Source: an uncultured Alphaproteobacteria bacterium (GTDB lineage: Bacteria; Pseudomonadota; Alphaproteobacteria; UBA6615). Taken from it: 64,000 bases of DNA. Below the pieces are notes generated by a model. It saw only the letters and a list, made by a program, of their open reading frames with translations, was not told the DNA's origin and did not search any database. Where the stretch lies: assembly GCA_943787745.1 (NCBI GenBank), contig CALSNJ010000005.1, forward strand, positions 108,455-172,454, in the 5' to 3' direction. Each line of letters opens with the position of its first letter. Position 1 is the first letter of the stretch. A program made the translations under genes and the position numbers. This document shows, piece by piece, positions 9,580 to 18,714 of this stretch.

Positions 9580-9654
9580 CGTCATACGCGGACTTGATCC
9601 GCGTATCTCATCTCGGTCAGGGGTGAGATGCCCGGGTCAAGCCCGGGCATGACG
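9580..9654. repeat. CGTC-tagged REP dimer (family A)
   Basis: CGTCATACGCGGACTTGATCCGCGTATCTC...GAGATGCCCGGGTCAAGCCCGGGCATGACG between convergent genes. Confidence 0.9.
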
Positions 9655-9671
9655 GTTCGAGACCTAACGAG

Positions 9672-10547
9672 CTAAAGCCCCAGAATCTCCCGGGATTCTG
9701 CGGGTGACGCCGCCCAGGCGCCGGAGGCGTCGATGAGGCGGACGGCCTGTTCGACGAGTGCGGCATTGCCGGGGGCAAGCACGCCCTTGGAGATGTAGAG
9801 ATTGTCTTCCAGGCCCACGCGGACATGTCCACCGAGCACGGTGGCGCTGGCGACCATCGGGAATTCGAAGCGTGAAATGCCGAAGCTCGCCCAATTGGCG
9901 CCTGCGGGCAGCATGTCGCGCATCAGCATCATGGTTTCGGCATTGGCCGGTGCGCCCCACGGAATGCCAAGGCAAAGCTGATACAGGGGCTTGTCGCCCT
10001 TGATGATGCCGTTCTCGACCATGTGGTTGGCCAGCCGCACATGGCCGGTGTCGAAGACTTCCAGTTCGGGCTTCACGCCGGCGTCCTGAATCAGCACCGC
10101 CATTTCGTTGAGCATTTCCGGTGTGTTGACCATCGGGCGCTCGCCGAAATTCATGGTCGCCACATCGAGCGAGCAAATGTCGGGCTTGTTCTCGACCACA
10201 TGTGCCACGCGCTCTTCGGCGGTTTTCATGACGCTCCCGGCGGCCACCTTCATGGGATCATCCCGGTCGGGCACGAAGCGTGCGCCGGGGCCGGTGGTCA
10301 GGTTGATGATGACGTCCGTGCCCGCGTCCCGGATGCGGTCGACGACCTCTTTGTAAAGCACCGTGTCCATGCTCGCCTTGCGGGTTTCCGGGTTGCGGAC
10401 ATGGATATGGACGATGGCTGCGCCGGCTGCGTGTGCGGCAAGCGCTTCATTGGCAATTTCCTCTGGCGTGACGGGAACGGCCGGGTTGAGATCTGCGGTG
10501 TCGGCGGCGCCGGTGAGTGCGCAACTTACGATGACGGGACGCGTCAT
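9672..10547 (-). CDS. 3-keto-5-aminohexanoate cleavage enzyme family (BKACE, DUF849)
   Basis: CALTG, PAVPVTPEEIA, AGAAIVHIHVR, KPELEVFD, GGHVRVGLEDN. Confidence 0.92.
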   Translation of the reverse strand: MTRPVIVSCALTGAADTADLNPAVPVTPEEIANEALAAHAAGAAIVHIHVRNPETRKASMDTVLYKEVVDRIRDAGTDVIINLTTGPGARFVPDRDDPMKVAAGSVMKTAEERVAHVVENKPDICSLDVATMNFGERPMVNTPEMLNEMAVLIQDAGVKPELEVFDTGHVRLANHMVENGIIKGDKPLYQLCLGIPWGAPANAETMMLMRDMLPAGANWASFGISRFEFPMVASATVLGGHVRVGLEDNLYISKGVLAPGNAALVEQAVRLIDASGAWAASPAESREILGL

Positions 10548-10654
10548 GATGGAATTCCCCCTGATTGATCGAATGCCTTATGCGGCACGTTGGGTGAAAA
10601 TCTAGACAGATGGGTTGCCCCCGACAAGGGCGTGCGCTGCATCGGTGCCATGTT

Positions 10655-10733
10655 TGTAGGGGCGGGTTTCAAACCCGCCCGAGTCCGGTGCGGTGAACAG
10701 CTGAAACGGGCAGGTTTGAAACCTGCCCCTACA
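10655..10733. repeat. GTAG-type REP dimer (family B)
   Basis: TGTAGGGGCGGGTTTCAAACCCGCCC...GGGCAGGTTTGAAACCTGCCCCTACA. Confidence 0.9.
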
Positions 10734-10855
10734 TGTACCCATTGAAATTCTTGCCGCCGGTTGATTTCCTTCCGGGAATGAAGGACTAGATCAGATTGCA
10801 GCGCCCGTTCGGGTCTATGGAAATTCAACTTATTTACAGCGTAAGAGGACACCAC

Positions 10856-11836
10856 ATGGTCAAGGCAATCCGCATCCACGAGTTCGGCGAGGCCGACGTT
10901 CTGAAATGGGAAGACATCGAGGTGGGTGAGCCCGGCCCGGGCGAACTGCGCCTGCGCCACACAGCGATCGGCTTTAACTTCCTCGACATCATGGTCCGCA
11001 AGGGCCTGTATCCGGTGCTGCCGGAACTGCCGTCGGTTCTGGGCACGGAAGCTGCGGGTGTTGTTGAAGCGGTGGGCGCGGATGTTGAAGGCTTTTCGGT
11101 CGGCCAGCGGGTCGCCTATGCCTCGACCTTCCCGGGCTCATATGCCGAAGGGCGCCTGATCGACGCTGCACAGGTCGTGGCGCTGCCCGATGGTGTGTCT
11201 GACGAAGCCGCTGCGGCCAGCATGCTCAAGGGCATGACCGCGGAATACCTGATCCACCGCACCTTCGCGGCGCAGGCCGGTCAGACGGCGCTGGTCCATG
11301 CGGCCGCTGGCGGTGTTGGCCTGTTCCTGTGCCAGTGGCTGGCCAGCAAGGGTGTGAATGTCATCGGAACAGTCGGGTCCGATGCCAAGAAGGACACGAT
11401 CCTGCAGCATGGCGCGAAACACGCCGTGAATTACAAGACCGAGAACTTCACCGAAGTGGCGCGTGAGGTGACCGGCGGCGCCGGTGTTGATGTGGTTTAT
11501 GATTCCGTCGGCAAGGATCACTGGCAGGGCTCGATCGATGCGATCCGCCCGCGGGGTTACATGGTCAACTTCGGCAATGCATCAGGTCCGCTCCCACCAA
11601 TTGATTCGGTCGAGCTGAACGTGAAGGGCTCACTGTTCTTCACCAAGGCTTCCATGCGTTTCTATCAGCTAACCCGTCAGGAGCTCGATGATAGTGCGGC
11701 GACCCTGTTTGCGGCCATCGCGGCGGGCGACATCAAGCCGATCATCGGCCAAACCTACAAACTGGAAGACGCCGCCCAGGCCCAGATCGATGTCTGGGAG
11801 GGCAAGACCACTGGCTCGACCGTTCTGTCGGTTTAA
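10856..11836 (+). CDS. qor: NADPH:quinone oxidoreductase (zeta-crystallin/MDR family)
   Basis: LGTEAAGVV, MLKGMTAEYL, LVHAAAGGVG, GVDVVYDSVG, FGNASG, GKTTGSTVL. Confidence 0.85.
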   Translation: MVKAIRIHEFGEADVLKWEDIEVGEPGPGELRLRHTAIGFNFLDIMVRKGLYPVLPELPSVLGTEAAGVVEAVGADVEGFSVGQRVAYASTFPGSYAEGRLIDAAQVVALPDGVSDEAAAASMLKGMTAEYLIHRTFAAQAGQTALVHAAAGGVGLFLCQWLASKGVNVIGTVGSDAKKDTILQHGAKHAVNYKTENFTEVAREVTGGAGVDVVYDSVGKDHWQGSIDAIRPRGYMVNFGNASGPLPPIDSVELNVKGSLFFTKASMRFYQLTRQELDDSAATLFAAIAAGDIKPIIGQTYKLEDAAQAQIDVWEGKTTGSTVLSV

Positions 11837-11843
11837 AGGCATT

Positions 11844-11953
11844 CCCTCTCTGCCCCATGGGGGCGGAGAGGGTTCGGGTGAGGTGGGTTCGCAATCATGT
11901 CGCGGGACACACCCACCTCACCCCGGCCCTCTCCTCCCGGGAGGAGAGGGGGG
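11844..11953. repeat. CCCTCTCC/GGTGAGG-type REP dimer (family D)
   Basis: CCCTCTC...GGAGAGGGTTCGGGTGAGGTGGG...CCCACCTCACCCCGGCCCTCTCCTCCCGGGAGGAGAGGG nested inverted repeats. Confidence 0.85.
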
Positions 11954-11972
11954 TAAAGCGGAGGACGCAAAG

Positions 11973-12959
11973 ATGGATTTCGAATACCGGCCTGTCAGTG
12001 ACGCCGCCCTCGCACTGATGCGTGAGGGGCATAACCATCCCGAAATGTGCGCGATCCTTGACGAGGTTATTGCCGAAGGGGTGCCGCCCGCACCCGAAAA
12101 CAATGACGGCGAGGTCGAGGATATCGGCGGACTGTCCGTGACCCACCGTTTCGTGGATGCGCCGGGCGAAAGTGAGACCGTGCGCTGGCATTACGTCGAG
12201 GCGGGCGCGGGGCCGACGCTCGTGCTCATGCACGGTATCCCGCAGTCCTGGCATATGTGGGCGCCGATCCTGCCGGAACTGGCCAAGCACTTTCGCTGCA
12301 TTGCCATCGACCTGAAGGGTTACGGTCAGTCGGACAAGCGTCGTGGTGATTATCGCCACGAAGGCGCGGCGGGGCAGGTGGTCTCCCTGCTCGACGCGAT
12401 TGGTGTCGGTGACTTCCATCTGTTCAGCCATGACCGGGGAACTGTCCAGGCGGACTTCATGGCCGCCAGTCAGGGCACGCGTGTGAAACGCTGGGTGCGT
12501 GGCTCCCAGCATCTGATTCACTTCCATCCCGATCTGGCGCCCCAGGAAATTCTGTTCACCGATCTCGAAACCCGCGGCATTCTGCAGGACCCGATGAAGA
12601 TGTTTCAGTGGGGGTTCGGTCGGTTGTGCAAGCACCCCATCCCGCGCGAACAGGTCATCCGCGCGGTGCAGGAATTCTCAAGGCCGGGCACCGGGCTGGC
12701 GGTGGAGCGCTATTTCCAGTCCTCGACATTTCGGAAGGACTGGATTGATCGCCGCACGCGACTTATTCCCGCGTGGCGCGCCGATATTCTGGTGCTGCAG
12801 GGCTCCGACGAACCCCCGATGCCGGTCGAGAACTATCAGGGGCTGGAGGAATACCTGCCTGACGTGACAGTCGAACTGGTCGATGGCGGGCACTTTTATG
12901 TCGAAGAAAACCCGCAAGGCACGCTGGAAAAAGCGCTGCCGTTTTTGCTGGCCGACTGA
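11973..12959 (+). CDS. Alpha/beta hydrolase, epoxide hydrolase/haloacetate dehalogenase-like
   Basis: HGIPQ oxyanion motif, DLKGYGQSD, nucleophile elbow SHDRG, C-terminal GGHFYVEE; RBS GGAGG before ATG 11973. Confidence 0.75.
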   Translation: MDFEYRPVSDAALALMREGHNHPEMCAILDEVIAEGVPPAPENNDGEVEDIGGLSVTHRFVDAPGESETVRWHYVEAGAGPTLVLMHGIPQSWHMWAPILPELAKHFRCIAIDLKGYGQSDKRRGDYRHEGAAGQVVSLLDAIGVGDFHLFSHDRGTVQADFMAASQGTRVKRWVRGSQHLIHFHPDLAPQEILFTDLETRGILQDPMKMFQWGFGRLCKHPIPREQVIRAVQEFSRPGTGLAVERYFQSSTFRKDWIDRRTRLIPAWRADILVLQGSDEPPMPVENYQGLEEYLPDVTVELVDGGHFYVEENPQGTLEKALPFLLAD

Positions 12960-12975
12960 TCGATTTCCAGAATGC

Positions 12976-13050
12976 CGTCATACGCGGACTTGATCCGCGT
13001 ATCTCGTCTCGGTCCGAATTGAGATGCCCCGGTCAAGCCCGGGCATGACG
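12976..13050. repeat. CGTC-tagged REP dimer (family A)
   Basis: Near-identical to the 9580-9654 copy. Confidence 0.9.
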
Positions 13051-13061
13051 TGGGGGCGTAC

Positions 13062-14054
13062 CTAGACCGCCGTCGGCAATCCACTTTCGGCAGACTTGGC
13101 GATCGCCTCGTGGATGGCCGCTGTGTGCGCCATCTCTTCTGGCGTGAACAAATAGGGCTCCTGTCCCAGACAGGCGGCTGCAAAGTTCTCGTCATTGGCC
13201 CGGATCTGGGAATAGATATCCCGGATCGGTAATTCCAGCTCTTCGGTCACGCCACCGGATTCTTCGACCTTGCCGGCACCGAAGCAGGTGACGACCTTGT
13301 TGGTGTCCAACCAGCCATTGGCGCGCGCCCAGCCTTCTGATCCCATCACCTGAAGGTGGAAGGACGCCGGTGTGGTCATCAGATTTGCCAGATAGCCCGT
13401 CGTCCCGTTTTCAAAACGGGTGAGCACCGAGCCGACATCAGCGGGCAGGATATGGGATTCCAGCTGGGCGTAGACTTCGCGCATCGGCCCGCCGAACCAG
13501 CACATGATGTCGATGATATGGGCCCCGAAATGCACGATGCCGCCGGTGGGCGCTTCGTCATGGGCGCGTCGCCAACCTTCAATGCCGATCTGACCCTGAT
13601 GGCTCAGATTGCCTTCGATGTGGTGGATATCGCCGAGCTTGCCGGATTCGATGATCTGCTTCATCTCCCAGACCGCCGCGCCATAGCGGTAGTTGTGCCC
13701 AATGCCGAGAGTGAGGCCCGCATCTGTCATGGCTTTGGCAGCGCGCAAACCGTCGGCTTTTTTCAGGGCGAAGGGCTTCTCGGTCAGGATGTGTTTTCCC
13801 GCAGCCGCGCCCGCGACCACCTGATCGGCGTGCTGGGTGTGGGGGGTGACGAGGACGACCGCATCGATGTCCGGGTCGTTGTAAGCGTCATCCAGACTGG
13901 CGGTCAGGGTGAGTTCGTGTTCGTCACAGAAGCCCTGAACCTTCTCCGGCGCCAGGTCGACAGCACGGGTGAATTTGATCTTGTCCGAGCCTTTGGTGGC
14001 GGTGACGTGGTTCTGGCCCCACCAGCCCAGTCCGACGATGGCTGCATTGATCAT
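13062..14054 (-). CDS. Gfo/Idh/MocA family oxidoreductase
   Basis: GLGWWG, TPHTQH, GKHILTEKP, GHNYRY. Confidence 0.9.
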   Translation of the reverse strand: MINAAIVGLGWWGQNHVTATKGSDKIKFTRAVDLAPEKVQGFCDEHELTLTASLDDAYNDPDIDAVVLVTPHTQHADQVVAGAAAGKHILTEKPFALKKADGLRAAKAMTDAGLTLGIGHNYRYGAAVWEMKQIIESGKLGDIHHIEGNLSHQGQIGIEGWRRAHDEAPTGGIVHFGAHIIDIMCWFGGPMREVYAQLESHILPADVGSVLTRFENGTTGYLANLMTTPASFHLQVMGSEGWARANGWLDTNKVVTCFGAGKVEESGGVTEELELPIRDIYSQIRANDENFAAACLGQEPYLFTPEEMAHTAAIHEAIAKSAESGLPTAV

Positions 14055-14075
14055 GTTTTTGTCCTTTTTGGAACG

Positions 14076-15038
14076 TCAGCGTGCGACAGCTTCGCGCTTG
14101 CCGGATTTCAGAGAGAGCTTGATCGCGTCGAGCGCAGCGACATCGTGGATCATCTGGGCGTTGGTGAAGCGATAGGGTTCGGTGCCCGCGATGGCGGCGG
14201 CAAACCCTTCGACATTGGCGCGCACCGGATCGACCGGGTCGACCTCCATGTTCTTCGGGTCGCCGCCACGCATGGCGACTTGCACCGTGGTCGGGCTGAT
14301 CATTTTGGCCCAGCCCTTGGAACCGAAGACATTGCCCATGCGGTTGTCACGCGTGACCATGACATTGCCGATATAAGCGGTCGCCCCGCATTCGAAGGTC
14401 AGCAGGGCTGAAGCGGTGTCGCGTGGAATGATGACGTCGACTGCCTGCGCGTAGACCTCCGTGATCGGCCCGATATAGTGCTGGAACAGATCGAGATGGT
14501 GGCTGCCCATATGCCAAAGCCCGCCGCCTGGCGCTTCCTCGATATCCATACGCCAGCTTTGTACGTTGGAGAGCGTGTCGTGGCTGGTGTTGCCTTCCAG
14601 ATGCATGATCTCACCAAGCTCGCCCGCATCGATCATTGCCTTGATGACCGTCTGCGGCGCGCCATAGCGCTGATTGTGCCCCAGTCCGATCATGATCCCG
14701 GCGGCTTCGGCGGCGACCACCGCGCGCTCTGCGTCGGCCTTGTTCAGAGCGAAGGGTTTCTCTGTGAAGATGTGTTTGCCCGCAGAAGCGCAAGCCACGA
14801 TCTGATCTGTGTGGAGCGAATGCGGTGTCACGAGAATCACCGCATCGATGTCCGGATCGGCGAGCACAGCTTCATAGGACGGGGCTGTCTTCAGCCCGAA
14901 TTCATCCGCCGTTTTGTTCGCCAGATCTGAATCAAGATCGACGACAGTCGTGATTCTGACCGTCTCGCTTTTCTCATGCGTGGCGCGAATATGTGTTTGT
15001 CCCCACCAGCCAAGGCCGATCACAGCAGTTTTGAGCAT
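14076..15038 (-). CDS. Gfo/Idh/MocA family oxidoreductase (paralog of neighbour)
   Basis: GLGWWG, TPHSLH, GKHIFTEKP, GHNQRY. Confidence 0.9.
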   Translation of the reverse strand: MLKTAVIGLGWWGQTHIRATHEKSETVRITTVVDLDSDLANKTADEFGLKTAPSYEAVLADPDIDAVILVTPHSLHTDQIVACASAGKHIFTEKPFALNKADAERAVVAAEAAGIMIGLGHNQRYGAPQTVIKAMIDAGELGEIMHLEGNTSHDTLSNVQSWRMDIEEAPGGGLWHMGSHHLDLFQHYIGPITEVYAQAVDVIIPRDTASALLTFECGATAYIGNVMVTRDNRMGNVFGSKGWAKMISPTTVQVAMRGGDPKNMEVDPVDPVRANVEGFAAAIAGTEPYRFTNAQMIHDVAALDAIKLSLKSGKREAVAR

Positions 15039-15189
15039 GTTGTTTCCCCCGGTATGCGCGGGTTCCGGACCAGTAACACCGCCGGAATATTCCGGTCGGA
15101 GTGCTCATATTGTGAGACTAAAAAAACTGACTGATCTGTCCGCGCCTTTTCTGCGTGTAAATTAGCATGACATCTTACGGAGAAAGACC

Positions 15190-16230
15190 ATGAAATTCGG
15201 ATTGTTCGGCAGTGCTCAGGCAAAGCGCGGTGGACCTGATGTGGACAGCGCCAAAGGTTATCGTGACTGGCTGGAGTACAACACCGAAGCCGAAGCGCTT
15301 GGATTCCACAGCACCTTTGCCGTTGAGCATCATTTCACGGGCTTCGGTCAGGTCTCGGCGACGGTCAACCTGCTGACATATCTCGCAGCGCAAACCTCCA
15401 CGATCCGTCTGGGGACCGCCGTCATGGTCCTGCCATGGCACAACCCCGTGCTTCTTGCCGAGCAGGTCGCAACGCTCGATTTGCTTTCTGGCGGACGCTT
15501 CGATTTCGGTGTCGGCAAGGGCTACCGTTTCAACGAGTTCCAGGGGTTCCGGATTCCCATGGAGGAAGCTCAGGCCCGGTTCGAAGAATCTCTCAAGATC
15601 ATGACCAAGTCCTGGACCGAGGACGAGCCCTGGACCTACGAAGGCGAGTTCTGGTCCTTCGAGGATGTGGTGGTGGAGCCCCCGACGGCCCAGCAGCCGC
15701 ACCCGCCGTTCTGGATGGGCGCGGGCAGTCCCGCTTCCATCGAAACGGTGGCCGAGCGCGGGTACAATCTTCTGGTCGATCAGTTTGCGCCCGTCGACAC
15801 GACCATCGGACGTGTGGACACCTTCCGCGACAGTGTCGAAGCCCGCGGCCGGACGTTCAATCCCTATGACGTCGGTGTCGCGCGTGGCCTCTATGTGGCC
15901 AAGGATGCGGCCGATCGTGATGCTGCCATCGAACGCCGGATCGCAGCACGATCCCGGGTCGACAATCTTGCTCAACGCCCCGATGGCGGCAACAAAGCCT
16001 CGATCATGTCCTATGACGATTCCGTTGAGGCCACGGCGGCAGCCGCGATGTTCGGCACGGTCGATGAGATCGTCGAGAAGATCCAGACCTTCCACGACGC
16101 CGGCGTGCGTTACATGCTGTTCTCGGATGGCGGCACCGGGATCGAGGGATTGCGCACCTTTTCGAAAGAGATCATGCCGCATTTCGCTGATGACGAAGAC
16201 GATACGGTGGTGGCGCGCGCCGCCGAATAG
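15190..16230 (+). CDS. LLM-class (luciferase-like) flavin-dependent monooxygenase
   Basis: VEHHF, IRLGTAV.VLPWHNPVLLAEQ.ATLDLLSGGRFDFGVGKG, QQPHPP.W. Confidence 0.92.
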   Translation: MKFGLFGSAQAKRGGPDVDSAKGYRDWLEYNTEAEALGFHSTFAVEHHFTGFGQVSATVNLLTYLAAQTSTIRLGTAVMVLPWHNPVLLAEQVATLDLLSGGRFDFGVGKGYRFNEFQGFRIPMEEAQARFEESLKIMTKSWTEDEPWTYEGEFWSFEDVVVEPPTAQQPHPPFWMGAGSPASIETVAERGYNLLVDQFAPVDTTIGRVDTFRDSVEARGRTFNPYDVGVARGLYVAKDAADRDAAIERRIAARSRVDNLAQRPDGGNKASIMSYDDSVEATAAAAMFGTVDEIVEKIQTFHDAGVRYMLFSDGGTGIEGLRTFSKEIMPHFADDEDDTVVARAAE

Positions 16231-16255
16231 CGCGCCACCCCGTCACGCTTGCAAG

Positions 16256-16292
16256 CCGGGCACACGCGGGATATGCGTGTGTCCGGTTTTTT
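16256..16292 (+). terminator. Putative intrinsic terminator
   Basis: CCGGGCACACGC-loop-GCGTGTGTCCGG followed by a T run. Confidence 0.6.
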
Positions 16293-16307
16293 ATGGGGAG
16301 ATGGTCC

Positions 16308-17069
16308 ATGGCGCTTGAGCTTTTTCACAACGATGCTTCCACCTGCAGTCAGAAAGTACGCATCTGTCTGGCTGAAAAGGACGTGGAATGGGTCAACCGG
16401 CATGTTGATCTCGGGAGCGGTGAAAACCTGACGCCGGAATTTCTCGCGATCAATCCCAACGGCGTGGTCCCGGCTTTTGTGCATGACGGCACGCCGATCA
16501 TTGAGTCGACGGTGATGTGTGAATATGTCGACGAGGTCTGGCCCGATGGGACGAGCCTGACGCCCAAGGACGCGAAGAAGCGCGCCGAGATGCGCGCTTG
16601 GCTGCGCTATATCGACGAAGTCCCTTCGATGGCCGTGCGCGTGCCCACCTTCCAGAACCTGTTGATCGACCGGTTCAAGGCGATGAGCGAAGAGGAGTAT
16701 GAGACCTTCCGCGACAGCAACACGTTGCGCCGGGATTTCTTTATGCGGCTCAACCGTACCGGCTTCAGTGACGAGGAGTATGAAAACTCTCTGATGCAGC
16801 TTCGTGCGACGGTCGAGCGGATGGAAACCGCGCTTGTGAAGGAAGGGCCGTGGATCGTGGGTGAACAGTTCACGATCGCGGACATCTGTATGGCGCCGCT
16901 TTTCCAGCGCATGGAAGATCTCGGCATGAGTGAGATGTGGGAGAACGCCCCTCATGTGGCGAACTGGTTCGCCGCGATCAGGGCGCGTCCGTCTTATGAC
17001 ATCGCTTACTATCCAGGTACGAAGATGATCGACCTGTTCCCCAAGCTCCGGGAGAAGGCCCAGAGCTAA
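16308..17069 (+). CDS. Glutathione S-transferase family protein
   Basis: STCSQKVR, INPNGVVP, IESTVMCEY.DE, GEQFTIADI. Confidence 0.9.
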   Translation: MALELFHNDASTCSQKVRICLAEKDVEWVNRHVDLGSGENLTPEFLAINPNGVVPAFVHDGTPIIESTVMCEYVDEVWPDGTSLTPKDAKKRAEMRAWLRYIDEVPSMAVRVPTFQNLLIDRFKAMSEEEYETFRDSNTLRRDFFMRLNRTGFSDEEYENSLMQLRATVERMETALVKEGPWIVGEQFTIADICMAPLFQRMEDLGMSEMWENAPHVANWFAAIRARPSYDIAYYPGTKMIDLFPKLREKAQS

Positions 17070-17100
17070 GCGCGTCGATATCTCTGGTGCTGTATTCCCG

Positions 17101-18018
17101 ATGACCCCATCCGAAGCACAATCCACGCTTGATGCGTTGCTGGCGCAATGTCGTGAGACCGGCACGCCCTGCGGCGATGGTGAAATGATTTGGCGTATCT
17201 GGGGCAACCCGGATACGTCCCAGCCGCCGGTGGTATTACTGCATGGCGGCTTCGGTTCGTGGAACCACTGGGTGCGCAATATTCCGGTGTTGGCGCAGGA
17301 CCGCATGGTGATTGCCGCAGACCTGCCGGGCTGCGGAGATTCCGCTCTGCCCGCGTCTCCCTATGACGCGGCAAGCGTCGCGGGGCTCGTCGCGGACGGG
17401 CTGGACGCGGTTCTGCCGGACGGAACAGATTTCGACATGGTGTCCTTTTCGTTCGGCGGGGTGCTGTCGGGCATGATCGCGCAACGCCATGCCGACCGCC
17501 TGCGCAGCCTGACCATTGTCGGGACGCCGATTCTCGGCCTGGCGACCACCGGCCCGGCCAATGAACTGGTCGCGGTGCCATCCGATGCCACGCCCGAGAC
17601 AGCTGCAGAGCTGTATCGCGGGAATCTGGAAAAACTGATGGTCCGCGATCCTGCGACGATCGATGATCTGGCAATGACCCTGCATATGGACAACATGGCC
17701 AAGGGACGCCTGCGATCCCGGGGCATTGCGCGAAAATATCCGGCCGCGCCAGACCTGCTGGGTGTTTCATGTCGTTTGAACTTCATTTTCGGCGATGGCG
17801 ATGTGACCCTCGATCCCGGCCTCGATGCCATCCGCGCTTATGTCGATACCCATCACGTCGGCGCGGGGTTCGATGTTATCCCGGGCGCGGGGCATTGGGT
17901 TCAATATGAGGCTGCGGGCCAGTTCAACGACTGTCTGATGGCTTTGCTCGAAGGGCTGGATGATCCCGATGGAGTGGGCGGTCACGACTCTCCAGAACTA
18001 CGTCATACCCGGACTTGA
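17101..18018 (+). CDS. Alpha/beta hydrolase; stop codon lies inside a REP
   Basis: LHGGFGSW, DLPGCGDS, elbow SFSFGG, PGAGHWVQYE. Confidence 0.85.
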   Translation: MTPSEAQSTLDALLAQCRETGTPCGDGEMIWRIWGNPDTSQPPVVLLHGGFGSWNHWVRNIPVLAQDRMVIAADLPGCGDSALPASPYDAASVAGLVADGLDAVLPDGTDFDMVSFSFGGVLSGMIAQRHADRLRSLTIVGTPILGLATTGPANELVAVPSDATPETAAELYRGNLEKLMVRDPATIDDLAMTLHMDNMAKGRLRSRGIARKYPAAPDLLGVSCRLNFIFGDGDVTLDPGLDAIRAYVDTHHVGAGFDVIPGAGHWVQYEAAGQFNDCLMALLEGLDDPDGVGGHDSPELRHTRT

Positions 18019-18088
18019 TCCGGGTATCCACGTCCAGACATTTCGTGAAACGACTACGTGGATGGCCGGATCAAGTCCGGCCATGACG
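18001..18088. repeat. CGTC-tagged REP dimer (family A)
   Basis: CGTCATACCCGGACTTGATCCGGGTATCCACGT...ACGTGGATGGCCGGATCAAGTCCGGCCATGACG. Confidence 0.9.
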
Positions 18089-18105
18089 GATAGTGAGAAG
18101 TGCAG

Positions 18106-18522
18106 CTACTCCGCCTTCTTTTCCGGCAGCTTGGCTTCTTTCTTGATGGTCGGGCCCTCGGCTTTGACCCAGGCACCGTAGCCGCCGCGCATATGGGCGA
18201 CCGGAGCCAGCCCCATATCGTTGACGGCTTTGGCCGCAAGCGCGGAACGCAGGCCACCCGCGCAGTAGAAAATGAACTTCTTGCCGGTGGTGAAAATCTC
18301 CCGGTGATAGGGGCTTTCAGGGTCGACCCAGAATTCAAGCATGCCGCGGGGCATGTGTTGCGCGCCGGGGATTGTGCCGTCGCGCCACAGCTCGCGCACA
18401 TCGCGGATATCGACCAGAACGACATCTTCGTCGTTCTGAACCTCCATGACCTGCTCAACGGTCATGGTTTCGATTTGCTCTTCGGCTTCTGCGCAAAGCT
18501 GATGGATGCCCTTGGTGATCAT
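18106..18522 (-). CDS. Single-domain rhodanese-like protein
   Basis: LVDIRDVRE, IPGA, active-site loop FYCAGGLRS, GGYGAW. Confidence 0.9.
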   Translation of the reverse strand: MITKGIHQLCAEAEEQIETMTVEQVMEVQNDEDVVLVDIRDVRELWRDGTIPGAQHMPRGMLEFWVDPESPYHREIFTTGKKFIFYCAGGLRSALAAKAVNDMGLAPVAHMRGGYGAWVKAEGPTIKKEAKLPEKKAE

Positions 18523-18714
18523 TCTCTTCTCCCGTTCCCCCGTCCGTTCGTTCGGGGTGGCCTGACATTATATCTGTCATGAATATACATATTCTTTCGT
18601 ATTGGGACTCGAAACCATGGGGGGGAAATGTGCTATTGAAGACCCATCGAACGCGGCGCGAATTGGCGCGCGATCTCAGGACACAAATTAGACGATGAGA
18701 CAGGGACGAACGTC

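Noticed and set aside
11688..11972. N-terminal extension of the 423-aa hydrolase ORF
   Set aside because: Overlaps qor and translates a REP (PHPGPLLPGGEG); a good RBS supports ATG 11973.
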